A DNA stretch of 64,000 nt, taken from assembly GCA_965207575.1 (NCBI GenBank), contig OZ242288.1, forward strand, positions 2,941,467 to 3,005,466, read 5' to 3'. The DNA comes from an uncultured Candidatus Binatia bacterium (GTDB lineage: Bacteria > Desulfobacterota > Binatia > Bin18). Shown here in pieces: positions 17,272-26,052 of this stretch. Both the position numbers and the translations under genes were made by a program. The stretch's first letter is position 1; each line of letters starts with the position of its first letter. The notes beneath the pieces are model-generated. The model was not told the DNA's origin, did no database searches, and worked only from the letters and a program-made list of their open reading frames with translations.

Positions 17272-19364
17272 TTCACTACCTGCAAGACAATATTCCCATA
17301 CGCATCGACACTCGCCTGCCAGCGCGGCGGGACTACAACCGTGGTGTCAAACTCTTCGACAATCAGGGGACCGGCGACAGTCTGTTCGAGCAGGTCCCCT
17401 CGGCTCAGAATCCGGGTATCGAGCTCACCCTGCTGCGGGCCGAAATACGCGCGTCGAGAGCCCAACTGAGTTGCCTTTTTTGCCGATTGACCGAAATACC
17501 CGCCCAATTCGCTGAAGGACAGACTAGGCGTTCGGACGGTTGCCTTCAGGCGAACGCTGACGATGGCAATAGTATCGTCCTCACGGCGATATCCATACGT
17601 TTGTTCATGCGCGGCGTGAAAGCTTTCGGCCAGCACCTGCCTTATGTCAGCGGCCTCAACCTGAGCCGGAACCGTCAGGGTCAGTTCCGACGACTGGCGC
17701 TGGTAGCGTAAGTCGATCAGGCGTTCATAGGTGAGACCGTCCTGCTCACGCTGCTCATTATGAGCATCCTGCTTCGCACGGGCCACCAGCGTGTCAAATT
17801 CCTGGAGCAGAGTCGTGGGATCAACAGTCTCCAGCTCCTGCGGCACGCTCTGCACATAGTCGGAGCGCAGGTCGGCCACCAACAGGCCCAGCGCGCTGAA
17901 CACCCCAGGGAAAAGCGGAATATACACCCGCGACATACCCAGATTATCGGCCAGCGTCGCCGCGTGCAGCGGGCCTGACCCTCCGAAAGCGATCAGAGTG
18001 AACTCACGAGGATCACGGCCCCGCTCGGTCGTGACCGCGCGTATGGCGCGCGTCATGGTCGCGTCAGCCACCTGATGAATCCCAAAGGCAAGCTCGTGAA
18101 CCGACAGACCGAGACGTGCACCCAGCCGTGTCTGTATGGCGGTCTGCGCGGCAGTGGCATCAATGGGGACGGTCCCACCGGCGATGCTGGCCGGGTTCAT
18201 ATATCCCAGGACCACGTTGGCGTCGGTGATGGTCGGTTCGATTCCGCCCCGGCCATAGCAGGCCGGTCCGGGGACGGCACCCGCGCTACGGGGTCCGACG
18301 CGCAGCGCGCCACCGTCGTCTACCCAGGCCAGGCTGCCGCCTCCCGCACCGACCTCGACAATATCGTAGGCGGGAACGCGCAGTGCATAGCCGGCACCCT
18401 TGCTCAGCCGCCCAGCCCGGTTAATACCCGCCCCAACCTCGCCTTCGGCGGTTTCAACCGGCTGGCCATTTTCGATCAGGCAACCTTTGGCGGTCGTCCC
18501 GCCCATATCAAACGCGACCGCCTGAGCCAGACCGATTTCCCGCGCCAGGCCGGCCGCGGCCAGGGCACCGGCCGCAGGACCGGATTCGATCAGGTGCACC
18601 GGGCGGTGACGGGCGTGCGCGGCGCTCATGATCCCCCCGTTGGACTGCATGATTTGCAGGGCTGGAGGATAGGCCTGGAGCTGCGTTTCCACCTGGTCCA
18701 GATAACGTCCGACTACGGGCATGAGGTAGGCGTTCAGCGCCGTGGTGGAGGTACGTTCGTACTCGCGAACCTCGGGCAGGATGTCGGCCGAGGAGCAGAC
18801 CAGGACTTCCGGGAATATCTCGCGGATCAGAGCCACGGTCTGTTGCTCATGGCTGGGATTGACGTAGGAATGCAGAAACGCCACGGCAATGGCTTCGACA
18901 CCCTGGCGTTTGAGGCTGAGTATGGCCTGACGCACCTCTTCGTCGTTGAGCGGCGTCTCGACCTCGCCCCGAACGGTCATGCGTTCGCTGACTTCAAGTC
19001 GGCGGCGACGTGGGATCAGGGGCGGCGTACGCTGCCAGAACACGTTGTAGACACTCGGACGTCCCAGGCGGCGGATTTCCAATTCGTCCCGAAAGCCTTT
19101 AGTGGTAATCAGACCGGTTCGGGCGCCCTGTTCTTCCAGGACCGCGTTGGAAGCGATGGTCGTGCCGTGGACGAGACTCGCAATGGAACTCTCCGGGTGC
19201 TGGCGTTCGGCATCGGCAATACAGCGTCCAACGTCTGCGCCAACAGAATCGGGCAGGGTCAAAATTTTATAGGTCAGGAGTTGGCCGGCGGCACCGGCTA
19301 TGACGACATCGGTGAAGGTTCCGCCAATGTCAAAGGCAACGCGAAGGCTGGCCGGAGTAGACAT
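17268..19364 (-). CDS. hyuA: Hydantoinase/oxoprolinase A subunit (HyuA family), paralog 2
   Basis: MSTPASLRVAFDIGGTFTDVVIAG... ; 698 aa. Confidence 0.85.
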   Translation of the reverse strand: MSTPASLRVAFDIGGTFTDVVIAGAAGQLLTYKILTLPDSVGADVGRCIADAERQHPESSIASLVHGTTIASNAVLEEQGARTGLITTKGFRDELEIRRLGRPSVYNVFWQRTPPLIPRRRRLEVSERMTVRGEVETPLNDEEVRQAILSLKRQGVEAIAVAFLHSYVNPSHEQQTVALIREIFPEVLVCSSADILPEVREYERTSTTALNAYLMPVVGRYLDQVETQLQAYPPALQIMQSNGGIMSAAHARHRPVHLIESGPAAGALAAAGLAREIGLAQAVAFDMGGTTAKGCLIENGQPVETAEGEVGAGINRAGRLSKGAGYALRVPAYDIVEVGAGGGSLAWVDDGGALRVGPRSAGAVPGPACYGRGGIEPTITDANVVLGYMNPASIAGGTVPIDATAAQTAIQTRLGARLGLSVHELAFGIHQVADATMTRAIRAVTTERGRDPREFTLIAFGGSGPLHAATLADNLGMSRVYIPLFPGVFSALGLLVADLRSDYVQSVPQELETVDPTTLLQEFDTLVARAKQDAHNEQREQDGLTYERLIDLRYQRQSSELTLTVPAQVEAADIRQVLAESFHAAHEQTYGYRREDDTIAIVSVRLKATVRTPSLSFSELGGYFGQSAKKATQLGSRRAYFGPQQGELDTRILSRGDLLEQTVAGPLIVEEFDTTVVVPPRWQASVDAYGNIVLQVVK

Positions 19365-19413
19365 GCCGGGTTATGCAGGGCTCAGAGGAAGGAGAAGCGC
19401 ATACGCGCCGGCC

Positions 19414-19815
19414 TCAAGCCTTGAGCAGAGCAAAGGCCTCAATCTCAATGAGCAGGTCTTCAAGCACCAGCGCCTGAACGCCGATGAGGGTGCTGGCCGG
19501 TGCTTTTTCCTGGGGCAGATACTGGCTGCGAACCTCACGGACCACGCCGATCATGTCAGGCGTATAATTAACAATATACGTATTGGTCTTCAGCACGTCG
19601 TCAAACGTGGCCCCAACCGCGGCCAGCGCCCCTTTGAGGTTTTCAAAGGTCTGGACGACCTGGGCGCGCAGGTCGCCCTTGCCCACCACCGCGTTGTTCG
19701 CGTCCAAGGCGACCTGGCCCGAGATGAAAACAATTTTTCCCTCGGTTGCGGTCACCACCTGAGAGAAGCCCGGCAAAACGGGCAGACCGGCGGGATTCAG
19801 GAATTCCTTTTCCAT
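19414..19815 (-). CDS. RidA/YjgF-family reactive-intermediate deaminase
   Basis: 133 aa; YjgF/RidA family sequence. Confidence 0.75.
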   Translation of the reverse strand: MEKEFLNPAGLPVLPGFSQVVTATEGKIVFISGQVALDANNAVVGKGDLRAQVVQTFENLKGALAAVGATFDDVLKTNTYIVNYTPDMIGVVREVRSQYLPQEKAPASTLIGVQALVLEDLLIEIEAFALLKA

Positions 19816-19836
19816 ACGTTTCTCCTCATGTTTATG

Positions 19837-19857
19837 CCTTCTCCCGCGGGGAGAGGG
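19837..19857. promoter_or_regulatory. Intercistronic hairpin CCTTCTCCC-GCG-GGGAGAGGG, 5' of the RidA ribosome-binding site
   Basis: Inverted repeat read directly. Member of the recurring CCCTCTCCC/GGGAGAGGG hairpin family (also at 21538-21564 and 60774-60794). Confidence 0.4.
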
Positions 19858-19865
19858 TTTTCTCG

Positions 19866-20948
19866 TCAGGGCCGCACTTCATAATAGGCGTTGAACGGAT
19901 TGTCAAAGTCGTGGCGGGTGAAGCGGGTGAACCCGGCGTCGCGCGTCATGCTCCGCGCCACCTGTTCGTTAAAGCCCAGGGTACCCAGGCCGGCGCCGTC
20001 CGGCTCGGATAAGGCCGAGGACATGCAGCCCATCACCGAGAAGGCATACATCAAACCGGTCATGGGGTTCTTCAGATTTTCCTCAAACGTCGGGGCGCTC
20101 TTAATATCGGCGATCAGCCAGGTTCCATCCGGCTTGAGCGCCGACCGGATAGCCCGAATGGCTTCCGCCGGATGAGTCATATCGTGGATGCAGTCAAACG
20201 TGGTGATGAAGTCAAAACTCGCATCGGCCGGCAGCCCGTCCTGGGCCGCGTGATGAAACCGGAGGTTGGTCAGCCCGGCCTCAGCCTTGTTGGCATTGGC
20301 GCGGGCCAGCGCGTGCTCCGATATGTCATAGCCGTGAAAGTCGGCCTGCGGAAAGGCTGCAGCCATTTGAACCAGCGCAATCCCGGCGCCGCAGCCCACG
20401 TCCGCCACCTTTGCGCCGACTTGCAGTCTGGACTCGACCCCGTCCAGGGCGGGCAGCACAATGGGGATCAGCGCGTGCCGGTACCAGGGGGCAAAGACCC
20501 GCTCGATGCCCCGTGCGCCTTCCGGCCCACGCGCGTCGTAGGGGAGACCCAGGCCGCTACGAAAGGCCTCGGGCAGTTTCTCCAATATGGCCATGCGTTG
20601 CGGAAAATCGCTGAAAATACCGGCGGCAAACTTGGGACTGTCCTCGTCCGCAAGAATCATGGCCATTTCAGGCGAGAGGGAAAAGCGTTCCTCCCCCGCA
20701 TACTCAAGCAACTGGGCCGCGGCCTGCCCTCTCAACCACTCCCGCACCCAGCGCTCACTCAAGCCTGTTTTGTTGGCCAACTCCTCGCTCGTCACCGGCC
20801 CGGCACCGTGCAAGGCCCGGTACAATCCGAGTTGGTCGCCCAGGTGAATCATGGCCGAGATTAAGGCGCCGCTCAGCAGGCCAAAGACTTTTTGACCGCC
20901 GGCCTTGAGTTTGTCCGGGTCTATATGGTCACGAGACGGTTGATCCAC
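19866..20948 (-). CDS. Class I SAM-dependent methyltransferase with N-terminal winged-helix/dimerisation domain
   Basis: SAM motif I VADVGCGAGIAL; N-terminal HTH-like segment as in O-methyltransferase-type proteins. Confidence 0.65.
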   Translation of the reverse strand: MDQPSRDHIDPDKLKAGGQKVFGLLSGALISAMIHLGDQLGLYRALHGAGPVTSEELANKTGLSERWVREWLRGQAAAQLLEYAGEERFSLSPEMAMILADEDSPKFAAGIFSDFPQRMAILEKLPEAFRSGLGLPYDARGPEGARGIERVFAPWYRHALIPIVLPALDGVESRLQVGAKVADVGCGAGIALVQMAAAFPQADFHGYDISEHALARANANKAEAGLTNLRFHHAAQDGLPADASFDFITTFDCIHDMTHPAEAIRAIRSALKPDGTWLIADIKSAPTFEENLKNPMTGLMYAFSVMGCMSSALSEPDGAGLGTLGFNEQVARSMTRDAGFTRFTRHDFDNPFNAYYEVRP

Positions 20949-20973
20949 ACGCGCTCCCTTCTCTCCGACCGGA

Positions 20974-21420
20974 CTACATCCCGCTGATCAACTCAAGAAT
21001 GGTTCCGTCCGGGTCCTTAAAGCAGACGACCCCAATCTCCGCGCCTCCGGGTCCGTCGATTTTTTTGAGGGGGGCTAAGAATTCAACCTGCATTTCCTGG
21101 AGGTCGGCATAGGTCTTGTCGATATCGTCCACGTCGAAGGCAATACGACAGATCCCGATGTTATTGAGCGACGGGTAAGGCTCGCCCTGCGGGGGCGGAT
21201 CGATAAACTGGACCAGGTCCAGGACCGGAGCGTTCTCATCGTCTCCGAGACGCATAAACACGCCACGCAGCTTCCGGGCGTCGAGGCCAAGCGCCTCACC
21301 GACGGTCGGGTCTTCAAGCGTAAAGTCGTTGACCTTGTTAAACCCGAGCTTCTCATAAAACCCAATGGACCGCTCCATATCGCGGACACAGACGTTGACG
21401 TGAAATAAACGAGTCAGCAT
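20974..21420 (-). CDS. VOC-family (glyoxalase/bleomycin-resistance/dioxygenase) protein
   Basis: 148 aa; beta-alpha-beta-beta-beta VOC pattern. Confidence 0.7.
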   Translation of the reverse strand: MLTRLFHVNVCVRDMERSIGFYEKLGFNKVNDFTLEDPTVGEALGLDARKLRGVFMRLGDDENAPVLDLVQFIDPPPQGEPYPSLNNIGICRIAFDVDDIDKTYADLQEMQVEFLAPLKKIDGPGGAEIGVVCFKDPDGTILELISGM

Positions 21421-21462
21421 GTTCCCCTCCTTTAGTTTAGAGTTCTGACGACATCACTGTAG

Positions 21463-21489
21463 GTCGGATTAACGCAGTGTAATCCGACA
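21463..21489. repeat. Hairpin GTCGGATTA-N9-TAATCCGAC immediately 3' of D-aminoacylase 1
   Basis: Near-identical copy lies immediately 3' of D-aminoacylase 2 (35280-35305). Confidence 0.5.
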
Positions 21490-21575
21490 ACGCAAGGGGT
21501 TCATTTGGTGGGTGGCCGGGGCGCACTCGTGGCGGACCTCCCCCTCCCCCAAGGGGAGAGGGAGTTAGGAAGAGA

Positions 21576-23258
21576 CTAGACCTGACCCGAACGCAGCACC
21601 TGGCCCGGCATGGCCCCGGTATGTTTGCCATCGTCGAACAGCACTTCTCCGTTCACGATCGTGTACTGCACGCCCTGGGCCGGCATGACCAAGCGCCGTC
21701 CGCCACCGGGCAGGTCGGCTCGCATCTCGCCGCGGCGGGCCGAGCCCACCGTGTTGTAGTCAAAAATCGCAAAATCGGCCGCCATGCCTGTTGCGATCTT
21801 GCCCCGCGTGGTCATCCCGTAGAACGCGGCCGGCTCGGAGGTAATCCGCCTTACCGCGTGCTCAAGCGTCATGGCTTGTCTGTCCCGCACCCAGGTGCCG
21901 AGCAGATAGGTGCAGTAGCCGGCGTCACACAGCATGTCCACATGGGCTCCACCGTCCGACAGGCCGACCATGACCTGGTCGTGCGTAATCAGCTCGGGAA
22001 TGCGGTCTTCGTCGGCGTTGAACAGCTCGTAGGTATACTGGAGTTGCAGGTCATCCTCGATACACAGGTCCAGGAAGGTGTCGAGCCCGTCTTTACCGCG
22101 CTCCCTGGCAATCTCGGCCACGCTCTTGCCCATCAGGGATTGCATGGCGGGATTACCCACCTCATGGACGATGGCGCGTTCCCATTTACCCGAGAACACC
22201 TTGGGCGACTCCATCTCTTTGCGGAATGCGGCCCGGAAGGATTCATCTCTGTAGAACGCCTTCTGCTTCTCAATCGGCTGATCGAAGGCCGGCTTCCAAC
22301 ACGGCAGGTTGGCAAAGATGAACGGTTTGCGCAGGTCGATCTGAATAATGAGTGGACGACAAGTTACCTGCGGAATGGCGCCCTTCTCGAACAGCGGCTC
22401 AATCGTGCGCAGGGTATTCATGGCTGCATCCGGCTGATCGTCCCGGTTCAGCAGCGCCAGCCAGGTGACCTTGCGGCCGCTTTCGGTCAGGAGCATGTCC
22501 AATAAGGCATGCTCGGTTTCGTCAACAATAGAGACATTATTGGTCAGGGCGAGTTCGATACTGCCCTTGCCGAGTTCTTTAAGCGCGTTGCAGTATGCCT
22601 TGAGTTCGTCCCAACTGGCATTACGGCAGGCAATCGGACGGCCTTTATAGCCGATGTGCTGAGCAACATTCGTGGTCGAAAAGCCAAAGGCTCCAGCGGC
22701 AACCGCCTCTTTAATCAGGGCCTTAATCTGTACGATTTCCTCGGGTGTGGCGCCCCGCTCCATTGACTCTTCGCCCATCACAAAGTGGCGGAACGGAGTC
22801 AGCGCGGCCATAAAGCCGATGTTAATGCCGCTCCCGCGCCTTTCGGCCGCATTCATATATTCGGGGAAGGTGACCCAATCCCAGGTTACGCCTTTGCCCA
22901 GCACGTCAAACGGGATGGCTTCCACGTTGACCAAGTCCCAGGCCGCGATGTCCTGCACCTCGGGTTTGCACGGAGCCAAGCCGACCCCACAATTACCCAT
23001 TACCAGACTGGTGACCCCATGCCAGGAAGAGGACGTGATCAGCGGGTCCCAGCAAATCTGGGCGTCATAATGAGTATGCGGATCAACAAAGCCGGGTGCC
23101 ACGATCAGGTCGGAGGCATCCACAACCTTCTTGGCTCCGTCCGAGACTTTACCGATTTCCGCAATCTTTCCGTTGGCTACCGCGATATCGGCCCGGTAGC
23201 GTTGTGCGCCGGTTCCATCCACCACGGTTCCGTTTTTGATGACGAGATCGTACGACAT
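21576..23258 (-). CDS. N-acyl-D-amino-acid deacylase (D-aminoacylase) family amidohydrolase, paralog 1
   Basis: 560 aa; metal-binding motifs DPHTHYD and NCGVG typical of the D-aminoacylase subfamily of amidohydrolases. Confidence 0.8.
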   Translation of the reverse strand: MSYDLVIKNGTVVDGTGAQRYRADIAVANGKIAEIGKVSDGAKKVVDASDLIVAPGFVDPHTHYDAQICWDPLITSSSWHGVTSLVMGNCGVGLAPCKPEVQDIAAWDLVNVEAIPFDVLGKGVTWDWVTFPEYMNAAERRGSGINIGFMAALTPFRHFVMGEESMERGATPEEIVQIKALIKEAVAAGAFGFSTTNVAQHIGYKGRPIACRNASWDELKAYCNALKELGKGSIELALTNNVSIVDETEHALLDMLLTESGRKVTWLALLNRDDQPDAAMNTLRTIEPLFEKGAIPQVTCRPLIIQIDLRKPFIFANLPCWKPAFDQPIEKQKAFYRDESFRAAFRKEMESPKVFSGKWERAIVHEVGNPAMQSLMGKSVAEIARERGKDGLDTFLDLCIEDDLQLQYTYELFNADEDRIPELITHDQVMVGLSDGGAHVDMLCDAGYCTYLLGTWVRDRQAMTLEHAVRRITSEPAAFYGMTTRGKIATGMAADFAIFDYNTVGSARRGEMRADLPGGGRRLVMPAQGVQYTIVNGEVLFDDGKHTGAMPGQVLRSGQV

Positions 23259-23274
23259 GACTCCTCCTTGTTGT

Positions 23275-23340
23275 GGGGGTTAGGGGCTAGGGGTTGGGGG
23301 TTGGATTTGTTCATCCCTAACCCCCAACCCCTAGCCCCCA
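23275..23340. promoter_or_regulatory. 56-nt perfect palindromic G-rich hairpin with G-quadruplex-capable GGGGTTAGGGGCTAGGGGTTGGGGG motif, between the CoA-transferase and D-aminoacylase genes, just 5' of the aminoacylase ribosome-binding site
   Basis: Arms 23283-23302 and 23319-23338 are perfectly complementary (20 bp). The loop itself contains GGAT/ATCC pairing. Confidence 0.6.
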
Positions 23341-23351
23341 GTCCCTCATTC

Positions 23352-24656
23352 TTAAATTACTCCTTCGTCCTGAAACGCGTCCATTTCTGCCTGGCTCAAG
23401 CCGAGCAATTCTTTATAGACATATTCATTATCTTCCGCATAGCACGGCGCAGCGCGTTCGGTCGGTCCGCCCTGATTCACCAGCCCGTTGGCAAAATGAA
23501 ACGGAATATTCTTGATCGGCCAGGTTCCGATCTCGCTGTGCTCCAGGGGCAGCAGCCAGTTCAGGTGTTTGAGCTGCGGGTCGCGTTCGATCCGGTCCTG
23601 CGCGGTCTGACACACGCCGGCAGGAACGCCAGCGGCCTGTAAACGTTCTTGCAGGCCAAAGGGCTCCTGCTCCTGCGTCCAGGCGCTCACCAGTCGGTCC
23701 AACTCGTCCTGATGTTGCAGCCGCTCGACCGGCGAGGCAAACCGCTCCTGGGCCGCCCAGTCGGGGTTGCCCATGATGCGGACCAGGGCTTGCCATTCTT
23801 CTTCGGACGTGACGGCGATGGCAATCCAGCGATCATCGCCGGCGCAGGGATAGGCGCCGTGCGGGGCCGCGGGTGTATAGGGCGAACGATTGCCCGTACG
23901 CTGATAGTGGCGGCCATTGACCGCGTGATCCAGCACCGCGGTGCCGGTCATGCCAATGCCGGGTTCTACTTGCGAGCAGTCCAGGTACTGGCCCTTGCCC
24001 GTCCGTTTTTTATAGTACAGGGCCATGAGAATGGTCATGGCACAATAATACGCGCCACTCCAATCCATATACGAAAATCCCCAGCCGGCAGGAGGATGGG
24101 GGGCGGGCAAACCGGACTGTTCGGTCAGGCCACTCACGGCCTGGGCAATTGGTCCGTAGGAAGCGTATTTCACGTAGGGACCTTTATAGCCCCAACCGGG
24201 CTGCTGCATATAAATAATATCCGGCTTAATGGCTTTGAGGGTGTCATAACCGAGCCCCCATTTTTGCATGGTCTCGGCCGTAAAGGCCTCAACGACCACA
24301 TCACTGACCGCAACTAGCTTTTTGAACAGCTCGCGGCCCTGGGGCGCTTTCATATTCAGACTGATCCCATATTTACCGGCATTGATATCGTTAAAATACC
24401 CACCACGATTGACGCTTTGGATCTTGCCGGTATCCAGGCCGGTCAGGTCCATGGCCCCGGCCTTTTCGGTCGACTCTTTCGTGCGGGAGGCAAACGGCGG
24501 CATATAGCGCAGAAAATCCAGCCGATCGCGCCATTCAATGCGAATGACTTCCGCCCCCAGGCTGGCCAATAAGCGCGGCCCGCCCGCCCCGGCCAGCAGC
24601 CAGGTCAGGTCTGCAATCCGCACACCTTCCAAAGGTCTTCTTTTTTTCACGCCCAC
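23352..24656 (-). CDS. CoA-transferase family III (CaiB/BaiF) protein, subunit 1
   Basis: 434 aa; CaiB/BaiF family sequence with the conserved Asp-containing active-site region. Confidence 0.8.
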   Translation of the reverse strand: MGVKKRRPLEGVRIADLTWLLAGAGGPRLLASLGAEVIRIEWRDRLDFLRYMPPFASRTKESTEKAGAMDLTGLDTGKIQSVNRGGYFNDINAGKYGISLNMKAPQGRELFKKLVAVSDVVVEAFTAETMQKWGLGYDTLKAIKPDIIYMQQPGWGYKGPYVKYASYGPIAQAVSGLTEQSGLPAPHPPAGWGFSYMDWSGAYYCAMTILMALYYKKRTGKGQYLDCSQVEPGIGMTGTAVLDHAVNGRHYQRTGNRSPYTPAAPHGAYPCAGDDRWIAIAVTSEEEWQALVRIMGNPDWAAQERFASPVERLQHQDELDRLVSAWTQEQEPFGLQERLQAAGVPAGVCQTAQDRIERDPQLKHLNWLLPLEHSEIGTWPIKNIPFHFANGLVNQGGPTERAAPCYAEDNEYVYKELLGLSQAEMDAFQDEGVI

Positions 24657-24657
24657 C

Positions 24658-25932
24658 CTACACGATTCCTTTGTCCTGCAAGTCCGCCACCTCTTCCGCG
24701 CTCAACCCAAGCTGCTCACACAAGACCTCCCGGTTGTGCTCACCGATGAGCGGTGCCCGCGGGCCTTGCCGCCAGGCACATTGATTCGGCAGCATGGGCG
24801 CGCCCGTATAGGTGTAGGACTCGCCCAACTCGGAATGCTCAACCTGAGAAAACGTGGCGCGGGTTTGCCACTGCACATCGTCGGGATTTTCCTCCGGCAG
24901 TCGAATGGGCGACCAGGGAATGCCGAGTTCCTGGGCCTCATGCCAGATTTCTTCCATGTCAAAATCGGCTACGCACGCCGCCTGGATGTCGGCAAAATGC
25001 TCGGTAAAGGCGCGTCCCCGGCGATTCTTGGGCTCTTTATATTTGTCTTCGGTCAGGTCGCCGGCCTTGCCCTTACTCTCCAGGAATCCAGCCAGGGTTT
25101 CATATCCGCCCGGAAACGGGTTGGGCAAAATAATGGCATAGCGCTCGTCTTTGGTCGGGAACTGCACCTCAGATCCAATGGCCGGTTGGGCATGCCGTCC
25201 CGTCTGGCGGTAGCACGGCGTCTGGCCATAAATCCAGTGCGGGACATCGATCTCGGTGCAGACGCTGACGGCCTGGTGAATAGGCAGCTCAATCATCTCT
25301 CCGACTTCGGTCATCTCACGCCCAATCAGCGCGCCGACAGTGGCAATAAAGGCCTGGTTGCCGGCGATGTGATAGGCGTGCCACATCTGCGGGGCGATGG
25401 GTGGAGTGTCATAGCTGCCGTCGTCGGTGGGGCTGTAGCCGCAACACATCATTTGCCCGCCCAACGCCAGATGGACCAGATCGTTGGCCTTATAGTCACG
25501 CCACGGACCACTGTTGCCAAACGGAGACAGGACCACATAAATCAATCGCGGATTGAGCGCCTGCAGGGCGTTCCAACTCAGCCCGAGTTTTTCCAGCGTG
25601 CCCGGCGGCTGGGTATCAATCAGGACGTCTGCCTCCGTAATGAGCTGCTTGAGCAGGTCCGTTCCCGGCGGCGACTCGATATCGAGCGTCATGCCGCGCT
25701 TGCCGAAATTATAGTGCCAAAAATACAGGCTGCGCTCGGGGTGGACCTGGTCGTGATAAAAGGGCCCGATCTCACGCGTGGCTTGCCCGCCCGGCGGCTC
25801 GATTTTGAGCACATCCGCGCCCGCCCCGGCCAGCAGCTTGCCGCAGAACTCTCCCTTTTCATCTGCGAGTTCCAGGACTTTGACATCAAACAGAAATCCA
25901 TCCATACCGCTGTCCCCAGGAAGGAGGGCCAA
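24658..25932 (-). CDS. CoA-transferase family III (CaiB/BaiF) protein, subunit 2
   Basis: 424 aa; CaiB/BaiF family. Directly abuts the paralog, suggesting a heteromeric family-III transferase. Confidence 0.8.
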   Translation of the reverse strand: MALLPGDSGMDGFLFDVKVLELADEKGEFCGKLLAGAGADVLKIEPPGGQATREIGPFYHDQVHPERSLYFWHYNFGKRGMTLDIESPPGTDLLKQLITEADVLIDTQPPGTLEKLGLSWNALQALNPRLIYVVLSPFGNSGPWRDYKANDLVHLALGGQMMCCGYSPTDDGSYDTPPIAPQMWHAYHIAGNQAFIATVGALIGREMTEVGEMIELPIHQAVSVCTEIDVPHWIYGQTPCYRQTGRHAQPAIGSEVQFPTKDERYAIILPNPFPGGYETLAGFLESKGKAGDLTEDKYKEPKNRRGRAFTEHFADIQAACVADFDMEEIWHEAQELGIPWSPIRLPEENPDDVQWQTRATFSQVEHSELGESYTYTGAPMLPNQCAWRQGPRAPLIGEHNREVLCEQLGLSAEEVADLQDKGIV

Positions 25933-26052
25933 TGGCCCTCCCCTCCTTTGTTCCTAGGGTTCCCCGAAGTCCTCGTGCGGCGCACTGACCGCACAGAGGG
26001 TGTCAGGAAGAGATGGGTCGAGGCACTGGAGTCTGCTGTACCGCATACGATC

